A stretch of 30,575 nt of DNA from a virus (IMGVR_UViG_3300032280_000594), one strand, 5' to 3'. Shown: positions 15,694 to 23,734, numbered from the stretch's first letter. Numbers and translations: made by a program. The notes: a model not told the origin generated them from the letters alone.

Positions 15694-17034
15694 ATGAGAA
15701 TTAAAAAATATTCAGATTTCTTATTAGAATCTCAACTAATATACAAGGATGAGTTTAAAAGCATACTTTATGCTATTAGAAATGATGAGCCTGGTTCACC
15801 TGAGAGTAAAGTAGCAAGTATTTTATTGGAACTTTCTGTTGTTGAATTAGATTTAGTACACAATTATATAAAGGATGTTACAACACCGGGTTTAGTTTCT
15901 TTTATTCCAGAAGATAAAATAAATTTTAATAAAGTTTCAATTGAGCAACACAGAATTGTTACAAAAACAAGTATTCTTAGTGCTTATGGTATTTCAAAGG
16001 ATGGACTAATAAATAATGAGGAAATTAGTTTAATAGGTACAAATGACTTTCCAAATGATTTTAAATTGATTAAAACAATAGATACTGATCTTGTAGAATT
16101 AGAGGATGAGATGTATAGATTAGAAGGCTATTATTTATATTATTTACAAAGTAATTCACATCCTGATAGATTTGTGACTGTTTATAGAAATGTTAATGAT
16201 GGTGATACTCAATCCATATATCCTTATGAGATACCAGAAAATAGAAGAGGTGAAGTTAAAATAGGTAGATTTGTAAATAAACTAATTGATATTTATAAGA
16301 AAAGTGGAAATGATTTAAGTATTGTTGATAATATTACTGCATCAGATGTTGAGAAATTTGTAAATGCTTATACTGCAAGAATATTATTTGAAGAAAGTGC
16401 TTTTAGTAGATTTGAAATAGTTAAAGGTGAAGAAATTAAAAAATGGTATCACGAGTCAAATTATGCTGGTCAACGTGGACAGTTAAATAGTTCTTGTATG
16501 AGATTTGGTAGATGTCAAGATTTTTTTAAAATTTATACAGAGAATCCAGAGGTTTGTCAATTACTAATTCTTAAAGATGAAACTGGTAAAAAGATTGAGG
16601 GAAGAGCTCTTCTTTGGACAACTGTTGATGGTAAAAAATTTATGGATCGTATTTATACTACTAAAGATAGTTTGGTAAAACTATTTGCTAAATGGGCAGA
16701 AGATAACTCTTATATAAATAAAGGTCAAGAAACACATAATTATAGAACACCTTTACTAGACACTATTATTGTTCAAGTAAAACCTAAACTTTATCCAAAA
16801 TATCCTTATATGGATACTTTAATTGATTATGTACCAGATAAAGGAATTTTATGTAATAGAATTGATGTTGAAACTTTAATGAAGTTTCCAGATATTAGAA
16901 AGAAAACCAGAATAGAAGATTTCAAAAAATTCTTTAGTAGAAAAAAAGATGGTAGTGCACACTTTAGTATTGATGGTAAAGATATTACCATTTATAAATT
17001 AAACGATGTTGGTGGTGGTTATGGATTATATTAA
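15694..17034 (+). CDS. putative virion-packaged enzyme, SCM/GRALLW/YPYMDT family (paralog of 11467..12651)
   Basis: Leader MRIKKYSDFLLES; SFIPEDK, GRFVNK, GEEIKKWY, SCMRF, GRALLW, MDRIY, YPYMDT. Confidence 0.85.
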   Translation: MRIKKYSDFLLESQLIYKDEFKSILYAIRNDEPGSPESKVASILLELSVVELDLVHNYIKDVTTPGLVSFIPEDKINFNKVSIEQHRIVTKTSILSAYGISKDGLINNEEISLIGTNDFPNDFKLIKTIDTDLVELEDEMYRLEGYYLYYLQSNSHPDRFVTVYRNVNDGDTQSIYPYEIPENRRGEVKIGRFVNKLIDIYKKSGNDLSIVDNITASDVEKFVNAYTARILFEESAFSRFEIVKGEEIKKWYHESNYAGQRGQLNSSCMRFGRCQDFFKIYTENPEVCQLLILKDETGKKIEGRALLWTTVDGKKFMDRIYTTKDSLVKLFAKWAEDNSYINKGQETHNYRTPLLDTIIVQVKPKLYPKYPYMDTLIDYVPDKGILCNRIDVETLMKFPDIRKKTRIEDFKKFFSRKKDGSAHFSIDGKDITIYKLNDVGGGYGLY

Positions 17035-17059
17035 AAAAGAGACCTAATGGTCTCTTTTT
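17034..17059. terminator. bidirectional intrinsic terminator
   Basis: AAAAAGAGACC-taat-GGTCTCTTTTT; near-copy of hairpin at 9262. Confidence 0.85.
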
Positions 17060-17063
17060 ATGT

Positions 17064-17852
17064 TCAGTCAAATAACATTTTGTCAACATCGTTATAAAGA
17101 TCTTCTAATGCCATTACTAATTTTTGTAAATCACCTCTATAAAATCCTGAACAGTTTACACAGTTTATCTCTACAATTTTCCAACCATCTGGAGTTAAAC
17201 AGATGTCCATTACAAATGCTGGAGCAACTTTATAAAGATCAACCATTCTCTGAGCGAATTCTAGACCCTCTGGTTCAACATCTTCTGTCCAAACTACATT
17301 TTCATTAAACTTATAGTATGAACTCGTTACAATCTTTCCATCGACGATCCATATTCTTGCCTCTTTATAAATTTTCTTAGGTGATGTAACTTGAATAGTA
17401 ACTGGTGGCATTACACCTAAATACTTTTCTTTAACCATTTGAACAGTGTCCTCCCATTTGATTTTACTATAAAGTTTCCCATTAAACACTTTACTATCTT
17501 TACTTGGTCGAATGAATTTAACTTCATTAGGTTCCCAAACAATTGGATCTGCAATGTCTTTTAGTAAGCTATCATAGTTTAAAAGATTTTTTCTGTAATG
17601 ATCTTTATAGATTTGAAAGTCATGATTTTTTCCATAGAAAGAACCAGGTGTCCATTCCATTTGAGTTGCTAGTCTAGCCGCTCTAACAGAGCCAAATACA
17701 AATACATCTTTGCAGCGATTCATTAGTTTATTGAACTCACCGTTCTTATCGAACCTGAGTATCTCGTACGGTAGTTTAAGACGTTTCATAGTCTCAAATA
17801 TTTTATCATAGTTTTCTTCTCGGAAAACGTTTTCTTGTATTACATAAAACAT
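17064..17852 (-). CDS. ATP-grasp ligase, R2K/DUF4343-like clade
   Basis: FVFGSV, KFIRPSKDSKVFNG, EARIWIVDGKIVTSSYY, AFVMDIC...WKIVEINCVNCSGFY. Confidence 0.8.
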   Translation of the reverse strand: MFYVIQENVFREENYDKIFETMKRLKLPYEILRFDKNGEFNKLMNRCKDVFVFGSVRAARLATQMEWTPGSFYGKNHDFQIYKDHYRKNLLNYDSLLKDIADPIVWEPNEVKFIRPSKDSKVFNGKLYSKIKWEDTVQMVKEKYLGVMPPVTIQVTSPKKIYKEARIWIVDGKIVTSSYYKFNENVVWTEDVEPEGLEFAQRMVDLYKVAPAFVMDICLTPDGWKIVEINCVNCSGFYRGDLQKLVMALEDLYNDVDKMLFD

Positions 17853-18031
17853 TATAGATAGAATTTATAGATTAAAAATGAACTACAAAAAATATTTGCA
17901 GCACTTGTAAAATAGAAAAAGTATTTGATCCACTTGTATTTTGGTTCAGTAACTTGATATTTTCCATATCGATAAAAAAGGTAGGCTATAATATAGCCAA
18001 TAATAACTGGTATTAAGATTGAATTTGACAT
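17852..18031 (-). CDS. 59 aa two-helix membrane protein
   Basis: Hand-translated MSNSILIPVIIGYIIAYLFYRYGKYQVTEPKYKWIKYFFYFTSAANIFCSSFLIYKFYL*; TAATG stop/start coupling to ATP-grasp. Confidence 0.7.
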   Translation of the reverse strand: MSNSILIPVIIGYIIAYLFYRYGKYQVTEPKYKWIKYFFYFTSAANIFCSSFLIYKFYL

Positions 18032-18045
18032 AATATATTTTTTTA

Positions 18046-18053
18046 CAAATATA
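18046..18053 (-). promoter_or_regulatory. Bacteroidota-type -7 promoter element TATATTTG
   Basis: upstream of 18031. Confidence 0.6.
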
Positions 18054-18097
18054 GTTATTTATTTTGAACTTTTATATGTTTTTTAAATAAAATAAAA

Positions 18098-18556
18098 ATG
18101 AATGTAGATAAAGAATATTGGTCAACAGAGTTTACTTCTCCGTATGGTCCATCCGAAGAAGATGTTTTATTTTTCAATGAAACAAAAGTTCCTGGTAGAA
18201 CCTTATTACTAGGGTGTACAAAAAAATTAATACCAATTACCGATGTACAAATGGATATAGATCCTTGGTATGATGGTTCCAATGTTATTACTAAAGATTG
18301 GTTAGATAATACCGACTTCTATGAAAATATTTTTGGGGATGGTGTTTTAAATCTTACTAAAGAATTAGAGCAGGGTATTTTAGAAATGGCTTCTAAAAAT
18401 TGTAAGGTATTTATCTGTAGATGTTTTAATTATAAATTAGAAAAATTAAGAATTGCTACAAACTTTCCAGATAAAGATAATTTTTCAATAACTCCAACAG
18501 AGTCCAAAATTTTTGATGATTATAGTATTCATATATGGAAATTTCAAAACAATTAG
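18098..18556 (+). CDS. minimal class I SAM-dependent methyltransferase-like protein
   Basis: TLLLGCT (motif I-like), VQMDIDP (acidic strand end), KDWLD, IFGDGVLN. Confidence 0.55.
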   Translation: MNVDKEYWSTEFTSPYGPSEEDVLFFNETKVPGRTLLLGCTKKLIPITDVQMDIDPWYDGSNVITKDWLDNTDFYENIFGDGVLNLTKELEQGILEMASKNCKVFICRCFNYKLEKLRIATNFPDKDNFSITPTESKIFDDYSIHIWKFQNN

Positions 18557-19578
18557 ACATTGACGTTCAAAAGGTTTTAAAATCTTTTGAGATTTCACAG
18601 TGGTCGCACAAAACAAACTTTGACCTAGTAAAAAATCTACCTGTTATAACCAGAGAAGATCTTCGCAAAATTAAACAACAACCTGGACTTTATATATCAA
18701 AGACTTCTGGGTCAACTGGTGAACCTGTTACTATCCAAAAAACTTATCAAGATTATGTTTTATACTTAGCAACTAATATAAGAGAATTAAGATGGAGAAA
18801 ATGGGATTTTAGTAAGAACTTGGCAATTATAAAAGCAAGATCCAATAAAGAAGATAAAATAGGTTGGGGTGTACCTTATAATTTAGAACCAAAACAAGGT
18901 ATGACATTTAAAATTGGACTTGAACCTATATCTGTTTTGCAAAAATGGTTAGAGGAAAAAAATCCACATTACTTACATTGTCCACCTTCTATTGTTGATC
19001 AATTGGACTTATCAAAGATTACTAATCTAATAGATGTTAAAGGAACTGGTGAGAAAGGTGGTACTATGTATTCAAGTGAAGAGTGTGGTACAATCGCTAT
19101 TCAATGTCCTGATAATAAGGAGGTTTATCATGTAATGGAAAACATTATTGTTGAATGTGATGAAGAAGGAGCTATAATTGTTAGTAATTTAACAAATCCT
19201 TATGTGAGAAGATATAAACACGGTGATCATATTGAGTTAGGAGAATGTAATTGTGGTAGAACTTTACAAACAATTAAAAAAATTCATGGTAGAGTTAGAA
19301 ATATGTTAGTTTTACCAAATGGAGATAAGAAATGGCCATTATTTGGAACAAGAGATATACATGAGACATTCAATATAAAAAGATTTAAAGTTATTCAAAC
19401 CACTTTAAGTGATTTAGAAGTACAGATAATTGCAGATAAATTAAGTTCAGAAAAAACTGATGAATTTATTAGATTGATAATAGATTCAGTTGGTGAACCA
19501 TTAAACGTAACGATTAAGTATGTTGAATCTTTCCCAAATTATAAGTTTGAAGAGTTTGTAAGTTTATTAAATTCCTAA
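18535..19578 (+). CDS. PaaK/CapK-like adenylate-forming (ANL superfamily) enzyme
   Basis: TSGSTGEP P-loop, YSSEECGTIAIQCP, RYKHGD, GRVRNM, C-terminal KFEEFVS. Confidence 0.8.
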   Translation: MEISKQLDIDVQKVLKSFEISQWSHKTNFDLVKNLPVITREDLRKIKQQPGLYISKTSGSTGEPVTIQKTYQDYVLYLATNIRELRWRKWDFSKNLAIIKARSNKEDKIGWGVPYNLEPKQGMTFKIGLEPISVLQKWLEEKNPHYLHCPPSIVDQLDLSKITNLIDVKGTGEKGGTMYSSEECGTIAIQCPDNKEVYHVMENIIVECDEEGAIIVSNLTNPYVRRYKHGDHIELGECNCGRTLQTIKKIHGRVRNMLVLPNGDKKWPLFGTRDIHETFNIKRFKVIQTTLSDLEVQIIADKLSSEKTDEFIRLIIDSVGEPLNVTIKYVESFPNYKFEEFVSLLNS

Positions 19579-19726
19579 TTTTCTTAGTGTCATTTCTCGT
19601 TTTACTTGTTTAAATGTTTCTTCTTTTTAATTTTGAGTATTCTATTTAATTTAATGTCTTCTCCACAACAATCATGTTGCAGATTTAATTCTTGAGAACA
19701 TTGTCTCGGATTATTACTTTTCCCAT
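19567..19726 (-). pseudogene. probable degraded small gene ending in KREMTLRKLGI*
   Basis: Promoter motif at 19756-19763, ATG 19726 gives only MGKVIIRDNVLKN*; another frame ends KEETFKQVKREMTLRKLGI* without a start. Confidence 0.4.
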
Positions 19727-19755
19727 ACTATTATATTTAATTTTTATTTTATTTA

Positions 19756-19763
19756 CAAATATA
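19756..19763 (-). promoter_or_regulatory. Bacteroidota-type -7 promoter element TATATTTG
   Basis: TAnnTTTG in intergenic DNA. Confidence 0.5.
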
Positions 19764-19838
19764 GTTAAAGTTTTTCAAAAAAAAACGATTTCCGTAAAAA
19801 ATAGTAGATATATAAGAAAAAAAGAAGAAAAATCCTAA

Positions 19839-19985
19839 ATGAAAAATTTACTTGTTAAGTGGTTTGGTGAAGAGTGGTATTGTGAATGGTTCCACTCAGT
19901 TCGCAGTGATAAAAATGATAACACAAAGTGGTATTGTGACGAGTGTAAGTTTTCGAGGAAGAAGGATAATTTTATTCTTTGGTAA
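19839..19985 (+). CDS. 48 aa Cys/His/Trp-rich micro-protein, possible zinc ribbon
   Basis: Hand-translated MKNLLVKWFGEEWYCEWFHSVRSDKNDNTKWYCDECKFSRKKDNFILW*. Confidence 0.6.
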   Translation: MKNLLVKWFGEEWYCEWFHSVRSDKNDNTKWYCDECKFSRKKDNFILW

Positions 19986-19998
19986 TAAACTTTTTTAG

Positions 19999-20006
19999 TA
20001 TATTTG
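19999..20006 (+). promoter_or_regulatory. Bacteroidota-type -7 promoter element TATATTTG
   Basis: upstream of likely start 20034. Confidence 0.55.
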
Positions 20007-20033
20007 TTATATAATTATATAAAATTATATGAT

Positions 20034-20525
20034 ATGAATAATATTGAGAAAAATCAATTTCAACAAATACTTAATTACTTAATAGAAACTACTAAGGATG
20101 GCACCAGAGAATGGAAGCTATCTAACCATATGTTTAATAGTGATACTAGGTATCATATGGAATCATTTTCTGATGATGGTAAAACCAGATTTGAATCTAC
20201 AATTAAACTAGATTACGATAATAGTGGTAAATTATTTTATTGTGAACATGGATGTATGACTATTCATAATAAAGGATTTGGTAGTGGTTTTCAAGTATTT
20301 GGATTAAATGACAATAAGAATATCTTAGTTTTAGAAAAGTTAGTGTTCACTAATTTTGTTAGTGCCATTCTACCTACAGTGGCACCAAATAATGTATTTG
20401 ATGATATATTAAGTGGTATGGGTAAACAATATACTCGTGATAAGAAATTAGAGCAGTTATTGGATGGTGTTGAAGTCGAAGTAGAACCAGAAAAGAAAAA
20501 AGGATTTTTAAGTAGAATATTCTAA
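20034..20525 (+). CDS. hypothetical protein with R-x-x-K-L helix and KKGFLSRIF tail
   Basis: QYTRDKKLEQLLDG near C-terminus; start moved from 20004. Confidence 0.8.
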   Translation: MNNIEKNQFQQILNYLIETTKDGTREWKLSNHMFNSDTRYHMESFSDDGKTRFESTIKLDYDNSGKLFYCEHGCMTIHNKGFGSGFQVFGLNDNKNILVLEKLVFTNFVSAILPTVAPNNVFDDILSGMGKQYTRDKKLEQLLDGVEVEVEPEKKKGFLSRIF

Positions 20526-20550
20526 ACCGTATTTTAATACGGTTTTTTTT
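20524..20550 (+). terminator. intrinsic terminator
   Basis: AAACCGTATT/AATACGGTTT inverted repeat then T-tract. Confidence 0.85.
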
Positions 20551-20557
20551 ATATATA
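20549..20557 (+). promoter_or_regulatory. putative late promoter variant TTATATATA
   Basis: 5 nt upstream of ATG 20563. Confidence 0.5.
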
Positions 20558-20562
20558 TGGTT

Positions 20563-21369
20563 ATGAAATATATTAAACCATATGAAGTTCACAACGAAAG
20601 TTGGAGAAAAACAAAAGCTTATCTTAGAATACCTGCACTTGTTGTAGATATAGCATTAAGTAAATTATTAAATTATGTTCCTAAGTTAAACTCTTTATAT
20701 AAAAGTATGGCTGCAAAGATTGACACTGGTACAAGTTTCAATAGTGGTCCTGGTACAGAAATAAATTGTGCTATTGAAGAAATCAAGTTAGAAGATATAA
20801 AAGATGAGAAAATCAGAAAGTCTTTAAAGTTATCTGGTTTATTCAGTGAGTGGCGCATTTATAAACTTGGTAGATTATCACATGATGGTAAAACACCAAT
20901 CTACTTATCAAAGGATATATTACAAGAAGGTGATGCAGTGCACGGTCAAAGACTATCTGGTGATACTACAACTGAATTCTACGTAGTTGCGGCTAAACAT
21001 ACTGAAGAGCATGATGAAATGTCTAGGGAAAGAAGATCTTCTTATGAGAAGAAAGAGTATAATAGATATAAATCTATGGTCAATAAGGCAGTAGAGAAAG
21101 GTTACTTTTTTAACAGAACTTCAATGGGAGATTTCACTCCTTTATTTCATACACTTGTTAAAAAGAATTATTTAGATTTAGTTAAAAAATGTTTAGAAAG
21201 TAGTGGTATGTCTGTTAGAACTTTAATAGTAAGAAAATTTAATTCGGATGGTGATAGATCTAATAGTCATGGTAGCAAAAACGCATTGGAGTTATCTAGT
21301 ACATTTCCAGAAATGAGAAAGTTGTTAGTTACTTCATTACATGAAGAATGGCAAAAAAATAAAAATTAG
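20563..21369 (+). CDS. putative virion protein with C-terminal ankyrin-like repeats
   Basis: Leader MKYIKPYEVHNES; GDFTPLFHTLVKKNYLDLVKKCLE and KNALELSS..PEMRKLL. Confidence 0.75.
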   Translation: MKYIKPYEVHNESWRKTKAYLRIPALVVDIALSKLLNYVPKLNSLYKSMAAKIDTGTSFNSGPGTEINCAIEEIKLEDIKDEKIRKSLKLSGLFSEWRIYKLGRLSHDGKTPIYLSKDILQEGDAVHGQRLSGDTTTEFYVVAAKHTEEHDEMSRERRSSYEKKEYNRYKSMVNKAVEKGYFFNRTSMGDFTPLFHTLVKKNYLDLVKKCLESSGMSVRTLIVRKFNSDGDRSNSHGSKNALELSSTFPEMRKLLVTSLHEEWQKNKN

Positions 21370-21370
21370 T

Positions 21371-21799
21371 ATGGATTTTAATAAATATGTTGTTGAGGAT
21401 TTAGATAATGATCTTGAAGCAATTTTTGCAGATATGATGGATGATGGATTTGAAGTTAAAAAAAGAACTAAAGAACTTTCCATATTTGATGTTATAATGA
21501 CAAGAAGAACAGGTACAGGATTCTTATTTAACATTAAACCTTATAAAGAACACATTAAACAATTATTTGATATATTAGAAAGAAAAGGTATACAATTTAT
21601 TTATGGTTTAGTTTATCTTGAAGGAACAAGTGTAATGATAAATGAGGTTGATTCTATACTCTTGTACAACGATCCTGATTTTACAGATTTTAGAGGTAAA
21701 ACTTGGGAAGAAATATGGGATGCATTGACATTTACAATTTATTGTTCTTCTGAGAAAGATAGTATTACAAACTTCACAATGACTTTTTGTGAAAAATAA
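21371..21799 (+). CDS. hypothetical protein, distant LAYLxDxGF-family member
   Basis: LEAIFADMMDDGFEV...YKEHIKQLFDIL; start moved from 21341. Confidence 0.75.
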   Translation: MDFNKYVVEDLDNDLEAIFADMMDDGFEVKKRTKELSIFDVIMTRRTGTGFLFNIKPYKEHIKQLFDILERKGIQFIYGLVYLEGTSVMINEVDSILLYNDPDFTDFRGKTWEEIWDALTFTIYCSSEKDSITNFTMTFCEK

Positions 21800-21944
21800 A
21801 AAATAGTAAGAACACTATTTACGCTGTGTTTTTATTGCTTCAATTGCGCTGAAACTCGCTATTTTTAAAAAGAACTCACTCCTTTTGTAGTTGTAACCTC
21901 GTATCTATAAACCGTGCCGTTTATCTATCATACTAACCACATAG
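21800..21944 (-). other. promoter-driven ORF-less unit (ncRNA or gene relic)
   Basis: Between TATCTTTG (21945-21952) and hairpin 21801-21820; visibly more GC-rich; all frames interrupted. Confidence 0.35.
21801..21820. terminator. weak intrinsic terminator
   Basis: AAATAGT-aagaac-ACTATTT, A-tract on 5' side (U-tract for minus strand). Confidence 0.5.
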
Positions 21945-21952
21945 CAAAGATA
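21945..21952 (-). promoter_or_regulatory. Bacteroidota-type -7 promoter element TATCTTTG
   Basis: TAnnTTTG in intergenic DNA. Confidence 0.55.
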
Positions 21953-21993
21953 TGAAATAATTCTAATCTACCAAACTTTTAAGATTTTAATTT

Positions 21994-22002
21994 TAATATA
22001 TA
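21994..22002 (+). promoter_or_regulatory. putative late promoter TAATATATA
   Basis: 18 nt upstream of ATG 22021. Confidence 0.65.
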
Positions 22003-22020
22003 AAAGAAAGAAATTTTGTA

Positions 22021-22221
22021 ATGAAATATTTAAAAACATTTGAAAGTCATGCTACTTTTAAACCCGGATCTCTAATCGAGTTTCACGTACCAAATACTGG
22101 TAAAACACATACTGGTAGAATTATTACAATAGAGGATGATTTTATAACAGTTATTGATTTAAAAGATGATAAAGAGCTTAGACTACCAAAAGAAGAATTT
22201 GGACCAGCTTATGAAAATTAA
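22021..22221 (+). CDS. putative virion internal protein, SH3/KOW-like
   Basis: Leader MKYLKTFES; FKPGSLIEF...TGRIITIEDDFITV. Confidence 0.75.
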   Translation: MKYLKTFESHATFKPGSLIEFHVPNTGKTHTGRIITIEDDFITVIDLKDDKELRLPKEEFGPAYEN

Positions 22222-22226
22222 ATAAA

Positions 22227-22253
22227 GGCCAGTGAACTTCACTGGTTTTTTTT
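22227..22253 (+). terminator. intrinsic terminator
   Basis: CCAGTGA/TCACTGG stem then T-tract. Confidence 0.8.
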
Positions 22254-22283
22254 ATATAATAATTTGAACTAAAATCAATTTAT

Positions 22284-22508
22284 ATGTTAGTAAGATGTAA
22301 AAAAACTGTAGATGGTATCACAATGGGTAGATACTATGAGTTTAAATGGTATACTGGTAATAACCATGCGGTTATTGTAAATAATAGATTTCAATTGATT
22401 GCTTATCCAGTTGAGTATTTTCATTTCTTTGAAGATAAAAAATCTAAAGAAGTAATGTACGACAACTTACGTGCTATGTTAAAAAGTAAAACATTTTTTA
22501 CGGTATAA
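22284..22508 (+). CDS. small SH3-like beta-barrel family protein
   Basis: MLVRCKK...ITMGRYYEF...YPVEYF. Confidence 0.7.
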   Translation: MLVRCKKTVDGITMGRYYEFKWYTGNNHAVIVNNRFQLIAYPVEYFHFFEDKKSKEVMYDNLRAMLKSKTFFTV

Positions 22509-22512
22509 TTTT

Positions 22513-22521
22513 TAATATATA
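22513..22521 (+). promoter_or_regulatory. putative late promoter TAATATATA
   Basis: 4 nt upstream of ATG 22526. Confidence 0.65.
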
Positions 22522-22525
22522 AAGA

Positions 22526-23332
22526 ATGAAATATATTAAATCATTCAACGAAGAGTTAAGACCTCATATTTATAAAAATGCTGCCGATAAGTTAAGACAA
22601 AATTATGGTCATCACAAAAGAGCTGATAAACTAGCTAGTTATGCTGATGAACTTTATAATAAACAAACACAAGCAAGAATAGAAAATAATCGTCAAAGAT
22701 GTTCTAAGTACGGAGCATTTAAAGGGAAATTAAAAGTTCAAACTCGTGATAACAATTGGCGTGTTACAAATGAAACCATTATAGAAGGTAATTTCTACAT
22801 AAGTCTTTGGTTTGATGATGATTGGTTTAGTGATATGATACGTGAGTCTTGGATTGCCGAAGGTTTTCAATATGCGTGTGCCTTACCATTTGATTTTGAT
22901 ATAATGCCAGCAGATGAAGAAACTCAACAAAAGGTTGATGAAACAGGTTGTGAACAGAATGATGGTTTAATTTATTGTAATAGATTAGAAATGTCTTATA
23001 TAAGTCGTCAACCTGATCAAGATTATATTGTAGATCCTAAAGGGTTTAGTTTTTATGATAGAGATCAAGATACTGCTTTTTACTTTTCTACTAGAGCAGA
23101 TGCTTTAAGATTTAAAAGATTATTTGTTGGTGCAATTTTAGGTGAAAATGATTTCGGTGTAAATCATAATTGGATTAAGCATCCAACTTTAAAAGAACAT
23201 ATAAAGGCTACCTTAGAAAGACAAGATTGTGTAACTGATGATGGTGTTCTTATGATCGATCCAGAAGAAGATCTTATTAAGTTACAAAATTCTGCTAAAA
23301 TAATGTCTTTAAATATTTTGTATAAGGATTAG
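22526..23332 (+). CDS. putative virion internal protein (capsid-targeting-like leader)
   Basis: Leader MKYIKSFNEE; 268 aa, no family recognised. Confidence 0.85.
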   Translation: MKYIKSFNEELRPHIYKNAADKLRQNYGHHKRADKLASYADELYNKQTQARIENNRQRCSKYGAFKGKLKVQTRDNNWRVTNETIIEGNFYISLWFDDDWFSDMIRESWIAEGFQYACALPFDFDIMPADEETQQKVDETGCEQNDGLIYCNRLEMSYISRQPDQDYIVDPKGFSFYDRDQDTAFYFSTRADALRFKRLFVGAILGENDFGVNHNWIKHPTLKEHIKATLERQDCVTDDGVLMIDPEEDLIKLQNSAKIMSLNILYKD

Positions 23333-23338
23333 TTTTCA

Positions 23339-23346
23339 TATCTTTG
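23339..23346 (+). promoter_or_regulatory. Bacteroidota-type -7 promoter element TATCTTTG
   Basis: 4 nt upstream of ATG 23351. Confidence 0.6.
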
Positions 23347-23350
23347 TAAT

Positions 23351-23734
23351 ATGAAAAAAATTATATTACTATTCTTATTACTAAACACAAATTGTTTTTC
23401 TCAACCGAGTTCAGACGTGTCCTACACAGGATACACTGAGAGAGATGAAATTATACTTTCTATAAATCCGGTAAATAATTGTGAACTTCGTTATGACTTT
23501 TATCCAAATTATGATGCTTACTATGATAGAAAAGAAGAAGTTTATCTTGTCTTTGAAAAAGGTACTTGGACAAAAGTAGACTACATAAATCCAAACTATC
23601 GTGGCTATTCTATTTATAATAATACACATTATGTCATTAAGGATTATGATGGTGATGATATAACTGAAATGTATCCAATTCATAAGAAATTTTTCCCATA
23701 TGTAACTAGGAAAACATTATTAAAAGAATGGTAA
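23351..23734 (+). CDS. secreted Tyr-rich hypothetical protein
   Basis: Signal peptide MKKIILLFLLLNTNCFS|Q. Confidence 0.8.
   Translation: MKKIILLFLLLNTNCFSQPSSDVSYTGYTERDEIILSINPVNNCELRYDFYPNYDAYYDRKEEVYLVFEKGTWTKVDYINPNYRGYSIYNNTHYVIKDYDGDDITEMYPIHKKFFPYVTRKTLLKEW

Noticed and set aside
21800-21944. tRNA or tmRNA
   Set aside because: No cloverleaf, T-loop (TTCGA) or CCA end found on either strand
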